Shown here in pieces: positions 33,801-38,698 of a stretch of DNA of 64,000 bases. The notes beneath the pieces are model-generated. The model saw only the letters and a program-made list of their open reading frames with translations, had not been told where the DNA came from and made no database searches. Position 1 is the stretch's first letter. Every line of letters starts with the position of its first letter. This DNA is from a virus (lineage: Duplodnaviria > Caudoviricetes): the IMG/VR virus record IMGVR_UViG_2784746770_000001, positions 1-64,000 of that record; one strand, given 5' to 3'. A program made the position numbers and the translations under genes.

Positions 33801-34049
33801 CTCCAGCGCGGCAACCCCGACATCCAGGCCGCCCAGGAGATGTACCACTTCACCCGGACCCACCGCGGGCGCGTGGGAGCGCGCCGCTCCTCGATCGACA
33901 TGCTCCTCGCCCGGCTCTTCCGGGACCAGGCCAGCACCGGGGACGCTGACGCCCTCGTGGCGCAGGGCGTGGCGACGCTGTTCTCCGGCGAGTGGTACCT
34001 CTCGGACGACCTGCGGGCCTTCCTCCTCGGCCTGCTCGCGACGCGGTAG
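15879..34049 (+). CDS. Giant polyvalent protein (~6056 aa): HPRD N-terminal motif, N6-adenine methyltransferase plus SNF2-type helicase (DarB-like), repeated SH3/KOW-like modules, degenerate C-terminal zincin-like domain
   Basis: VLEPGSGSGNF (~18540), AVGNVPF (~18720), AHEVGAGKT (~20730), VVDEAHHYKN (~21250), MGTGTNVQ and PWRPADLEQRNGRIVRQGN (~22260-22380); WNPDLHPRDSKGRF near the N-terminus. Confidence 0.88.
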   Translation: MQIDNAADRRLASIETKRLRRPWNPDLHPRDSKGRFIETGGIARLWGGGMARVLRALGGRNVLVENLGTHERSTVHASRLTMVARPDGTAPTRSKRKVRDEDERRAKDPQRGAGHQDQDDAGDNGQTPDDPHDKDDQGDDVGEDVEDEDQGEGPEPEDDDPLIHQGRVMSNDKDDNGELLPEAAKTNRATRHYPNLLRIDGGTRRSDHVAGRGDALRARGPKRTKNDPDREGKFHDTDHARNAVEELNTDYLADLEAVWPQDWDNREAEDAYGYLSDLDGNLHLDDMIDGEVPYETDKPKTQHSPDDLDTVRDLAEDAERLAELAEADGRPEVARYAQNLADALNLTVQRFEAHGGNKIPKPKKNGKPTPRAWQDEPVLQPKATAPRRAAAAKPAPADNRRFKTLADVRQHWASGKLTPFTDDQERQERHAEAVRKVYAQLQGPQMSKGGTFVVAKATLQRGDGTPEARYVIDHIATGGQLTSFGRKAEAVDFANRLENAQVDGKPFDWDSPGLNDRLQEDGAKKEFGRLLAETQKAYDDKARKKRGGMRQQPNPDSSEAAAAQQITERTGAPEGTVAVGHVGPDQGTERAGARTKPNPEDEQRAGDEQPSPERPAIPAGALTNDDDKTKPKAEDRPGDEQQEEQGESVRRAGEGVLGDVQADGAGGDSGDGEGRALHQDRGDGGDGDRRDVHGLRAGSGAGRGSGHEGAGRSDQHGEADGARGRDERARVPGEGAGDGDEGHAGDDAAAEDHRVAFGSSQQEETAPAFTPPVDGRSLVPSTVQARVRANIAAIEVLRTLEAENRPATPAEQDILSRWSGWGATPQVFVDSPKEEFAPLQARLKELLSEDEYAAAKENTLNAHYTDPTIVQGVWQALRDLGFDGGDVLEPGSGSGNFIGYAPDGARMTGVELDPITAGISKALYPHADIRNEGFEKTRVPDGTFDMAVGNVPFGDYKVVDLRHNKGGHNIHNHFIIKSLDLTRPGGLVAVVTSRYTMDGATARAEDARMEMARKGELVGAIRLPSGAHRRTAGTDVVTDLLIFRRRDKDKEFTTGRDRKGAVKLARGKDDPPAWVHSMRVTDLPGQSPADKDNPQAEKVFVNPYFLANRDRVLGELAVGSGMYRDGELRVDGDGHLAPALDKALKKIVADAKTDGLAYKKGDRDRPKAQLLPAGSDRIDGHVQAEDDGAFTQVRDGQIKPYQVSAKQTDEVRQLLGLRDAMKALIAEEARPDADEQIIAMLRADLNARYDKYHGKYGSLNRYTWGKRKVTDPVTGETVEKATKSRPQMGGIMTKDPTMAVVRSLDTFDITTGQSKKSSVFTKRQAVHRTISDRADSPEDAMALVLEEHGRLDDEALGKVLGLSPADARVRLLEARSKDPDSGREWPLVFEPHNGGDLIPAADYLSGNVRAKLAEAQQKAGENAAFEVNVRHLEEVLPPEISPGEIDAPMGAAWLGAEPVQQFLRETLRDRNIRVYYHGGSMWKVEAPDATKKGRAATALWGTKEWNAIKLAEAILTNGRIQVRVKDDNGGSYIDEEATGAAQAKAEEMRERFQDWLWEEPKRSDAIKKAYNDTHNNLALRSYDGQRRTMPGLADWFKPHAHQHSAVARMVNEPAVLLAHEVGAGKTAEMTMGVMELRRLGLINKAAMVVPGHMLQQFHDEFVELYPQSAGRILTASSDDLQGRKRREFIARAATGDWDAVIMTQTAFESIQMRPEAQLAYIEREKASLERALKRQKAAEEKEEGRRGRSESRMVKEIQNRLKKLEAKIESKIAASKDTAGLYFEDTGIDYVVVDEAHHYKNLATASSIQGAAIEGSNRASDLDMKLEYLRSKTSSGRVVTFATATPISNSVTEAHTMLRYLRPDLLEKAKIRDFDDFASTYGKIVSGVELAADGSGFKEVSRFAAFRNMPELMRIWRTVADVKTAEDLHLDVPDIAGGKAVTITVDPTDAQMAYQQQLAARARAVKSGAVDPSEDNMLKISSDGRKVSLDPRMVGIDEVGNKLPAAADNIQRIYEQTKDAVYPTSKNDDTPHETPGALQIVFLDMGTPKDPGRKKKGKKGAAPADLEEMAESNFAAYDELKSLLVERGVPADKIRFIHEAKNDAEKARLFDDARTGKIAVLVGSTTKMGTGTNVQLRATALHHLDCPWRPADLEQRNGRIVRQGNANPEVAIFQYVTEQSFDGFSWQTVARKAKFIRQLMKGNLTDRTVEDIPDGIFNPEQVTAMATGNAYLLEQANVRASLAVLQRKFKGYLRAQEGFRSTIRNAERLREHTDNLVAKLQDVAARKKDTRGDAFEATIGSTTFTKRQEAMQALATAAKAVIRAGDKNPHAQHPEHIIGKIGNIDITAEYKRDWSRPYGRQGTVMISLPDVPQSTRLYGEDDFDEGATVPLTRLEDFLAGVETAIARAQSDLRVEERNAVDARLRVDKPFEQADELEAAERRSKLVAAAIREQSREVSSPEAAAAKRSRMEEIEHNLREARIAAGEDPADADDPAQAQDTDLLPRTPAPPSITTDAKGTTRILWPDAEERKKRRAREKAERDGTPLREDSTESGEGEELTPEKVRSDLNSIKPDVAPEPKPDSDENTAPGAAEPDEGDVESGEGEELTPEKVRSDLNSIKPDAAPEPESTDTSQAADDNKSDTTNVGQTTPDRLEASEGQPLAPTADDESRDEQPTGTSAPASAEAPARDLPAVNDPVLSPDGPGEVMAVNPDSNSVLVRAERGTRVHKLEDITRPDGTPFGGDPTAKTKARENAEKIAQASTPEGLELSTGNRLRDLDMDAGHGTIVDSEGNTVGWVRARTGDDGRRYWWGQDANGGSPADMQWHEELPDQAGAPPVRAASVIRDGLDDRRAKYTGNDDENGKPEREKRKLITPDRAITEMTLTEAQVRELGKLTLSGQYADGTPIDTLPWNPGHRRYSPYSAQAGAIAAAAREAAAQQPDTPEGRRVRKVLLGAARKMEFQQYDSARRAATIPAVGKPDPYDKPYVPRPEDDDAEESSTPASQNDDTQPADSDGEGTEPTESEKTSADGEQTNVSPDALTPGDYVRVETQNTAGNTVVREGHLLAVPKQVTATRNREKIQAWRLHLGQEGEQPSTQNGITILREQQVERLTPPVPETRDEEEHTNTLGWKGPEETREKVGQHDGKDVEVGELHVAGSEAHRAVYLDGKRIGRLDAANGAWRAHHDEHGDVGNRLFMGYKNDWENGSYEPHDPTREAALTVARSHENGPEGPRFFSHDGRAVPQNEAEQIVAAHLDPRLGDRWKVSDIKRGRADVYVDHNLAGEIAGARDRWQVVGENGQPDGIVYPTKEAAAQALAANSPLLAIKPSPNFHFPDYPDTLTDPELDNWIAASKKWLVEDAPHLPAGAATPVWVRNNLSKLEGLREKRDARRTDAPREFATDGEWRDAIKPIGDVELEVYTAARHAWPGRDEVPATAHRLHDAVMKAIAAQEVNDFDDAATYLRNAVEHASRLRGSLDDEQRGHLDEPLTKFTAAVESYLRSHDATANRRQSWREEEREVNERFSAQAREQTDRNRAPAPEHSSEDDSANTAESQTAPTAEQEASSGGHRWGSGDAVITPGGERGTLANPPMFGTAMVRLDDGRYESHPLAELTPVGPTSEEPTGLPDDLDVQWQALADLAPDAPALIGARGNLRQAAEALAAGDQEAASDNLGKAARIMWPFNGGDSSDWNAAARDFSIAADHAAARLTPLREGERLATYGELKKGDIVRRPDLDDYYRVDEDAHSRGREWETWYAQSTLVNDGQHGGGFGFQPAAHSMIVADENSPAVREYIAKEERKLADKRAEKEQIAAEQESRRQEAARARNDELLAQADGDAVEPEALSKGDRITVHEGRNNRGQTVTVSGRLLAEPEKVTATRAGKKVPSWRLYVGEEGDELRPGTMYTVERGERVERHTDATPASAAEEQNQDGDDNLEEALTAQVSSFLRAVRRRDRKPRRDPVANSYDFNRGRIEQAYRNNVDRPRLDPDISDAPDAEFVDVDQLQIGDRIRFETVEYPSQRQVTREGYLLARPQIGLHYRGEGSTQYPGYRIWLGETPDEEPGDFKNMRVLLVGDKVARLPHIDSADSEERDPNRPDENGENEESDRPNRDGRRDDRNGPNEISGGNDGDGGGDAPGPEGDADADDDQGEEEPDSDERRRRRRDRNRDRNRGGRDGGTPNGGLPDIPGRDRDRDRSRGRDDRDRSGNADAPDLDGLRSRYRSGDAPTPSGADSQEHAAYLRHLADNDTLSLSPGGGLITWSDDSGRTWQFGHAVSGTRLTGWEADGEQIGGRDGAVRLAGEYENLRNEDGGLINWAAPELDLEDLRAWVDAEGNPLSLAVEETRQNVIRTRPHGSTGQQERQTGADVPGNDDDRSASEPADNRQLNAADGNQTGSDTEGVAPGAADAAQSQYAVNAIHWGDPAQRRAGFVDGRRIPTATDLKQYETGESKIISEEGERVLFGSPEQMRALASEGLVPGPVMRSDGAGQVWRNGRLIGTLTAPHQVSNSQNPEEVWWSTTPFSDGPHFSTREAAIAHLVLRDIERGEPDLGIVHPDLASRLAGVDERLAFPDDFRGLETLTNNPGDLARYEALRKLMSQLGRGITPSGNVAEDLAQLHDELRWLNTKHYKHQPPNLKDRYILGPGWLADQISEYLDVLRPEDPRAQHHEARKNRAAQQVLEELATPGWEDNAERVQARDLREGDIVFLEGRITGLYPGATGRQLGYVIGEPKKVKFTADKVRYQGYKIAVAKHPFEATRHPVDGKTFLIPDDQGPLLRLARAEDVHFPLDQHEYGRQVGETPSMGTDPRGAALGGVPGTADADAAPAPRDIAGDADSASPSSAVDSDDDVTPSSTASTPSTASTNENTSTRTRQRTNAAPVVPGNDSAGAGRTNQEEAENEPDTEAESQGAPEPVGGRRAEWVKVSDLALGNLVRIDGITKARGTARTLTGFVVDGPKEVPTEKARRVQNKLRLLISDTPDGRGGTRQSIWVPKDATAARATDDEADAPDGTPPTGADSDVLTGRIADRVPTDNSGRGLFPGSIVTDNRGNEGTVTGATDSTVSVRWGDDRDDEDMTPSALTLTDGGAARPSGWTEDGHRVRPGHVVTDRAGTLLGTVEEVDGDTATVATPDGMRDTPIADVRVAGGVADAPQPPAAAVRLERVPASELREGDVILVDDGINGLAPVTVTQKEQVSDNHVRITATDPATGRQHTLNGSPTSPYSRVVDENGAAPVNAPDDSEDNSELTSHEPVPPVTPVVGPTVDPQLAPEERDAVDGLGEAPLDDPDTQQGAARVASDLPLTPGQATSLAGTLREHADPATPEGRAAQRAADHLDAAAGQTPEATTAPEPGTIGAVGVGDHITLPDEFEADKTTSYKVVAIAELPDGMRYLTLEDGDGIRVRRTLAASDPLWQVPDPSIPASDLDEEQRDPNPAPDPDRITSDYRDSVVRAVVEAALGGTNEPGSIHKLRQDVAERLTPQALTQPMKHAREDAKQAIDGAGITGDERVALLRSLRPEAARARQDAIKAALRTLNDLEPLDGESEQDTARRAADLLRLIPAALRDQYSQQDTDTDTSPEVDAAVTEHVDSAVGEALAQAADGQPLTEERRAQIVAQLAEQMAANRDETAQRIAAALPPGQRAGVLPHILAALVFIARKIVAIVAAFLRGIARAWRGSREALSKLREKAARFRRSLAERVRSWPENRRLRRLAANALPQPDDGADLADRIAHWTRLLPAPGRFGQVSRRARWYKPARRATLEAGQLPEIQDGLRWLPDRAADRGPGREALRHLAALRAAGADVDGDLTARLAAAHPELGAAPHSSVRDAMDYAAIAERRLRDLTAATAAGTDTDGELEAARVEAAGARRDAARLRDLYAAALPDAVRDVLSQVREMGPGGASALVVTDDSDRDAARILTDIQQFIPRDWLTPASSRMITARDGQAGGYDAHSRTATIADLGDDGRVTAIHALVTHLQRGNPDIQAAQEMYHFTRTHRGRVGARRSSIDMLLARLFRDQASTGDADALVAQGVATLFSGEWYLSDDLRAFLLGLLATR
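17815..18144 (+). CDS. TnpV-like protein (109 aa) overprinted in the +1 frame inside the giant ORF
   Basis: AGGAGG 6 nt before GTG; almost all codons end in G/C in this frame; YG.RA..YW..YRP and GQINMAKLMAREDAMNEHVY resemble TnpV. Confidence 0.72.
   Translation: MNPYGERAKAYWETYRPTALAAIPETERDALFTRIGETVETEIGETYMDFVPDPEPDEEVDTRERAGQINMAKLMAREDAMNEHVYLEKEPGTETKDMPATTPLPKITA
23532..23745 (+). repeat. Exact 70-bp direct repeat (23532-23601, 23676-23745) encoding ESGEGEELTPEKVRSDLNSIKPD twice
   Basis: Identical nucleotide copies 144 bp apart, in frame. Confidence 0.9.
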
Positions 34050-34052
34050 GAG

Positions 34053-34301
34053 ATGAGCATGAGGGTGACGGGCACGTTCGAGGACGGGGCGGCCTACGAG
34101 GTAGAGATCACCGGCCGGTCCGACCGGCCGGTGATCGGCTCCCGCCGCATCGCGGCCCTCGTGGAGCAACGCACAGGCACCCCCATGGTGATGGCGCTGC
34201 TCGGGCCGGTCCGCGGCCTCGACCCGGCAGATGAAGAGGCGGTGCTCGCGCTGCTGCGTCAGGAGACGTACGTCGTGGAGACAGAACGCCGCCGAACCTA
34301 G
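34053..34301 (+). CDS. Small hypothetical protein directly after the giant protein (possible partner or immunity protein)
   Basis: AGGAG RBS overlapping the upstream stop; 82 aa. Confidence 0.7.
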   Translation: MSMRVTGTFEDGAAYEVEITGRSDRPVIGSRRIAALVEQRTGTPMVMALLGPVRGLDPADEEAVLALLRQETYVVETERRRT

Positions 34302-34335
34302 ACCGCTCGGCGTGAACGGCCCCTACGCTGACGGC

Positions 34336-34545
34336 ATGACGATGAAGCGGACTCCCGGCAAGACGACAACGACCGTCAACCTGCGCGCACTGCTCGGTGC
34401 GCGCGGGCACCAGGTGACGCTCGTCGACCTGGATTCGTCCGTCTCGATCCCGTCTCCGGTGGCCGCCGACGAGGTGGAGGAGCGCCCCGAGGTCCCGCTT
34501 CCGGGCCCGATGGTGTGGTCCCCGGACGGGTACCGCTCCATCTGA
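34336..34545 (+). CDS. 69-aa protein resembling a ParA N-terminal remnant
   Basis: PGKTTTTVNLRALLGARGHQVTLVDLD; TACGCT -10-like box 6 nt before ATG. Confidence 0.5.
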   Translation: MTMKRTPGKTTTTVNLRALLGARGHQVTLVDLDSSVSIPSPVAADEVEERPEVPLPGPMVWSPDGYRSI

Positions 34546-34592
34546 GAGGCGGGGAGGGGACACAAGGGCTGTCAGCCCTTCAACCTCCCCGC

Positions 34593-35162
34593 GTGGACTA
34601 CGCATACGCAGTGAAGGCCCTGCCCTCGGAAGGCAGCGAGGCGCCCGAGCCCGATACCGGCCAGCCCTCGGCCCCCGAACCGCAGGAGCGCACGGACGAC
34701 AGTCGGCCGTGGGCGGGAGACCCCTACGACGAGGGGGACGAAACCGACCCGACCGCAGCTCTGTTCGGCTTCGGCGGGCAGAACGGTGAGGAAGCCTGGC
34801 TCGACAAGGCGCCGGACGGCACCCTCACCGGGTGGGTCCGGGACGGCACCGGCCAGGTGTGGCGGTACTCGGACCCGGATGCCTGGGCGATCGACGTCGA
34901 CGACGCGGGCATGACCCAGACGCACGGCCCCGACGGCGGCACCGCGCCGGCCGCGCCCGGTGATGGCGACGCAGAGCAGGCCCCGGCGCCGGGTGCCCCG
35001 GACGCGTCTTCGGCCGATCAGGCCGACCCGTTCTCCATGGAGGTCGCCGCCGCGGGCGAGACCCCAGCCCCTGCTGACGAGGATGCCCCGGTCTCCGAGA
35101 CGGACGAGGACCTGGACGACGAGGACGACGAGGACGACGGAGCGAAGAAGCCGTGGGACTGA
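34593..35162 (+). CDS. Acidic head-region protein (189 aa)
   Basis: GTG 6 nt after the promoter motif at 34559-34586; begins MDYAYAVKA; D/E-rich. Confidence 0.72.
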   Translation: MDYAYAVKALPSEGSEAPEPDTGQPSAPEPQERTDDSRPWAGDPYDEGDETDPTAALFGFGGQNGEEAWLDKAPDGTLTGWVRDGTGQVWRYSDPDAWAIDVDDAGMTQTHGPDGGTAPAAPGDGDAEQAPAPGAPDASSADQADPFSMEVAAAGETPAPADEDAPVSETDEDLDDEDDEDDGAKKPWD

Positions 35163-35236
35163 TGAGCAGCGCGCGACGGTAGCCCCTGGCCGGGGGCACG
35201 GTGCGGCGATCACACCGCCGCCAGGAGGAACCCGCC

Positions 35237-37123
35237 GTGCCGAGCCCCCCGCCGCCCCGCAACCTGATACTGCCGCGCGGCGCTGCCCGCGCCATCTTCG
35301 CCGTGACCGGCGTCGTCGACGACGTCCAAGACCTGATCATTCCCGGCGCCTTCACCCGCACCCTGCAAAGCCGCAAGGTCAAAAGCGTCTGGCACCACGA
35401 ATGGAAGGACCCCATCGGTCGCGTCCTTGCCATCGAGGAGTGGATGCCCGGCGACCCGCGGTTCGCGACGATCCCCGGCGGCGCCGCCTGGCCCCGCGAG
35501 GCCGGCGCCCTCGTCGCCGTCGTGAAGTTCAACCTCCGCACCGTCCGCGGCCGCGACGCCTACGAGCAGGTGCGCGACTGGCACGACGCCAACGAGGCCC
35601 AGTTCTCCATCGGCTACAAGGTCCCGCCCGGTGGGGCCTCCAAGCGCCACGACGGCGTCAGGATCATCCACGACCTCGACCTGTACGAGGTCAGCCCGGT
35701 ACTGCACGGCGCGCATCCCCTGACCCGCAGTATCGAGGTCAAGTCCGGCCGCGCCGACGACCTGGAGCGCAAGGCCACCTGGTCCTCCATCGAGCTGGAG
35801 CAGAAAGCCGCCGAGACCCAGACGGGCAAGGGCGTAATGGTCGCCCTGTACCCGCCGCTGGACGTCGCGGAGCGGATCGCCCAGCCCAACGGCACCCCGG
35901 CCGAAGAACTCCACGTCACCCTCGCCTACCTCGGCGACGCCGCCGACCTCGGCGACGCTGCCGAGGATCTGCGCACCGTCGTCTCCGACGCGGTACGGGC
36001 CGCGACCCCGCTCAAGGGGACGATCGGCGGCATCGGGACTTTCCCCGACAGCGGCGACGGCGCTCCCACATGGGTGCCCGTGGACGTGCCGGGCCTCACC
36101 GAACTTCGCCAGGCCATCGCCACCGCACTCGCCACCTCCCCGTACGCCGAGGCCGTGCGCACGAACCACGGCTTCACCCCGCACCTCACCCTCGGCTACG
36201 ACATGCCCCCCATCGAGCCGGTGCCGGCCACCCCCGTCACCTTCGACCAGGTGTACGTCGTCTTCGGAGCCGACCGGATCCCGGTGCCGCTCGCCGGCCG
36301 CACTCCCGAGGTCTCCGCCCCGGAGCCCGTCGAGACCAAGACCGCGCGCACCGCCGTCATGGAGGCCAAGGCCGCCCGCCCGCGCATCGCCAAACCGGCC
36401 CACGCCGCCGTCCTCGAAGCCAAGTCCGCCCTGTCCTACCCGGAGGCTCCCGTGAGTGCGCCCATGCCCTACTCCTTCGAACAGCTCCGCACCCGCCTCG
36501 GCGACGCGGCCCGCGCCCTCCTCAACAGCGACGGCGACGGCTGCTTTGTGATGGTCGAGGCGACCTACCCGGACCGCGTCATCGTCTCCCACCACCAGGA
36601 CGGCGAGACGCGGACGTACGCCATCCCGTACACCGCCACCGGCCGGGACATCGACCTCGGCACCCCCCAGCCGGTCGAGCTGGCCACGATCGCCCTGCCC
36701 GCCGAGGGAACCCAGCGGCCTGTTGACGGCGACGAAGAGATCGACGCCCGCTACCTCCAGCCCGCTGTGGGCGCCATCGAAGACGCCACCGCCTCCGTGT
36801 ACCTGGCGCCCGCCACGCCGGCCTCCGTCGAACGGCTCCGCCCGACCGTGCGCAAGCTGCTCCACGCGATGTCGCAGAAGGGCGCCCCCATCGAGCCGGA
36901 TCTCTCCGCCACCTCGCCGGAGGGCGCCGGGGTTGAGCTGAACCTGTGGGACGACGGGTACGAGGTCACCGACGGCTGGGACGACGAGGACGAAGACGAG
37001 GAGAACGACACCCCTGCGCCCGCCGCCGCCCCGGACGACTCCCCGCCTCCGGCCGAAGACGACGACCAGGTCCTCCTCGACCCCGCCGAGGTGAAGGCCG
37101 CCCTCGCCGCCCTGACCTCCTGA
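35237..37123 (+). CDS. HK97-type prohead maturation protease fused to a 2H phosphoesterase domain and a C-terminal extension
   Basis: VVDDVQDLIIPGAF..., W.H....PIG, FSIGY, LYEVSPV..GA.P protease motifs; HVTLAYLG (35912) and PHLTLGY (36182) 2H motifs; GGAGG RBS. Confidence 0.88.
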   Translation: MPSPPPPRNLILPRGAARAIFAVTGVVDDVQDLIIPGAFTRTLQSRKVKSVWHHEWKDPIGRVLAIEEWMPGDPRFATIPGGAAWPREAGALVAVVKFNLRTVRGRDAYEQVRDWHDANEAQFSIGYKVPPGGASKRHDGVRIIHDLDLYEVSPVLHGAHPLTRSIEVKSGRADDLERKATWSSIELEQKAAETQTGKGVMVALYPPLDVAERIAQPNGTPAEELHVTLAYLGDAADLGDAAEDLRTVVSDAVRAATPLKGTIGGIGTFPDSGDGAPTWVPVDVPGLTELRQAIATALATSPYAEAVRTNHGFTPHLTLGYDMPPIEPVPATPVTFDQVYVVFGADRIPVPLAGRTPEVSAPEPVETKTARTAVMEAKAARPRIAKPAHAAVLEAKSALSYPEAPVSAPMPYSFEQLRTRLGDAARALLNSDGDGCFVMVEATYPDRVIVSHHQDGETRTYAIPYTATGRDIDLGTPQPVELATIALPAEGTQRPVDGDEEIDARYLQPAVGAIEDATASVYLAPATPASVERLRPTVRKLLHAMSQKGAPIEPDLSATSPEGAGVELNLWDDGYEVTDGWDDEDEDEENDTPAPAAAPDDSPPPAEDDDQVLLDPAEVKAALAALTS

Positions 37124-37139
37124 TCCAGCCTTCACGCCC

Positions 37140-37181
37140 CGTGCTCCCGGCCCCGCGAAGCTCCGCGGAACCGGGAGCACG
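37140..37181 (+). terminator. Stem-loop between the protease and capsid genes
   Basis: CGTGCTCCCGG...CCGGGAGCACG with inner CCGCG/CGCGG stem. Confidence 0.5.
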
Positions 37182-37295
37182 CGACGTTAACCACTTCGGT
37201 CCTCTCCAATGCGCCTCGCGTTGAGGCGTCCCGGTGCTGGCCGGGCGAGCGACGCACGCCATCGCCCAGCCCAGCACAGGGAGAAGACCCGCACC

Positions 37296-38603
37296 ATGGC
37301 CACCGCCACCGCCGACAAGAGCCTCCTCAAGTCGCTCAACGCACAGCTCGCGGAGAAGTCCGCCGAGGCCGAGCGCATCGCCGGCACCTTCAAGGAGGAG
37401 AACGGCGCCTTCGTCATCAGCACCGATCAGCGCAACGCCTACGTCAAGGCCGTACGCGACGCCCAGGAGATCAAGGGCCTGATCGACGCCGCCTCCGGTG
37501 CAGCCTCCATCGGCACCTACCTCGACGCCCCCGAGGGCGGCGCCCCGGCGGCCGCGCAGCACTACGGCAGCCCGCAGCCGGACGCCGAGTTCAAGTCCCT
37601 CGGCGACATGTTCGTCGAGTCCGACGCCTACAAGCGGGCCGCGGCCGCCGAGTTCAAGGACCGGCCGTTCATCCGTGCGGAGATGGAGGGCAAGAGCATC
37701 TTCTCGCTCTCCGCCGGCACCCAGACCCACCAGGCCCTCGGTACCGGCCAGGAGCTCCCGCTCACCGAGCTCCGGCGCCGGAAGATGCACATTCGGGACC
37801 TGTTCCCGAAGGCCCGCACCAAGGCCGCCTTCCTGATGGGTGTCCGCGAGACCGGCTGGGTGAACAACGCCGCGCAGGTCAAGGAACGTTACGCCGCCGA
37901 CGGCGTCTCCCCGGCCACCGGTGCCGACAGCGACGTCTTCGGCCGGGCCCCGCGCTCGAAGCTCACCCTTGAGCCCGTGATGTACCCGGTCGCAGAGATT
38001 GCCCACCTGATCGACTCCCACAAGTCGATCCTGTCGGACGACTCGCGGCTCAAGTCCTTCATCAACGGCCGCATGATCGAGGGCGTCAAGTTCGCGGAGG
38101 ACTACGATCTCCTCCACTCCGTCGGTGACGGCCAGAAGCTGACCGGCCTCTTCAACGTGCCGGGAGTTCAGCAGTACACCGGCGACGCCAAGGACAAGTA
38201 CTCCGTCCAGATCCGACGGGCGATCACCAAGTCCCTGCTCGCCGAGTACGAGCCCACCGGCATCGTGCTCAGCCCCACCATGTGGGAGCACGTCGAGGTC
38301 GAGGAGGACGACACCGGCGCCTTCCGCGTTGCCCTCCAGGTCGCCGTCGGCGCGACCAAGCAGGTCTGGCGGATCAACGTCGTCGAGACCACCGCCATGC
38401 CGGACGGCAAGTACCTCCTCGGAGCCTTCGGCATGGGCGCCCAGCTCTACGACCGCGAGAACGTCTCCGTCACCGTCTCCTCCGAGAACAGCGACAACTT
38501 CGAGCGGGGCGTCATCACGTTCCGCGCGGACGAAAGGCTGAGCCTCGAAGTACCGCGACCTGAGTCCTTCGTCCTGGGGACCTGGACCACGCCGGCCCCG
38601 TAA
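37296..38603 (+). CDS. Major capsid protein, HK97 fold with N-terminal delta domain
   Basis: Coiled N-terminus, KSLGDMFVES, IAH....K..L.D...L.S.I, G.G..LTG, F.R..IT.RA.ERL...V.RP..FV. Confidence 0.93.
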   Translation: MATATADKSLLKSLNAQLAEKSAEAERIAGTFKEENGAFVISTDQRNAYVKAVRDAQEIKGLIDAASGAASIGTYLDAPEGGAPAAAQHYGSPQPDAEFKSLGDMFVESDAYKRAAAAEFKDRPFIRAEMEGKSIFSLSAGTQTHQALGTGQELPLTELRRRKMHIRDLFPKARTKAAFLMGVRETGWVNNAAQVKERYAADGVSPATGADSDVFGRAPRSKLTLEPVMYPVAEIAHLIDSHKSILSDDSRLKSFINGRMIEGVKFAEDYDLLHSVGDGQKLTGLFNVPGVQQYTGDAKDKYSVQIRRAITKSLLAEYEPTGIVLSPTMWEHVEVEEDDTGAFRVALQVAVGATKQVWRINVVETTAMPDGKYLLGAFGMGAQLYDRENVSVTVSSENSDNFERGVITFRADERLSLEVPRPESFVLGTWTTPAP

Positions 38604-38643
38604 CAGGGCGAAGGCCCCCGCGCCTTCGACTCGGATTTTCCCA

Positions 38644-38673
38644 GCAGGGCCGGGCGACCACGCCCGGCCCTGC
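38644..38673 (+). terminator. 13-bp stem-loop after the capsid gene
   Basis: GCAGGGCCGGGCG-ACCA-CGCCCGGCCCTGC. Confidence 0.55.
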
Positions 38674-38698
38674 GTCCGACCACCAGAACGAGGACCCC

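Noticed and set aside
18015-34169. Very long minus-strand ORFs (3641 aa and 1499 aa), and similar ones opposite other genes
   Set aside because: Antisense shadows of high-GC3 genes; no motifs, and the + strand carries clear domains
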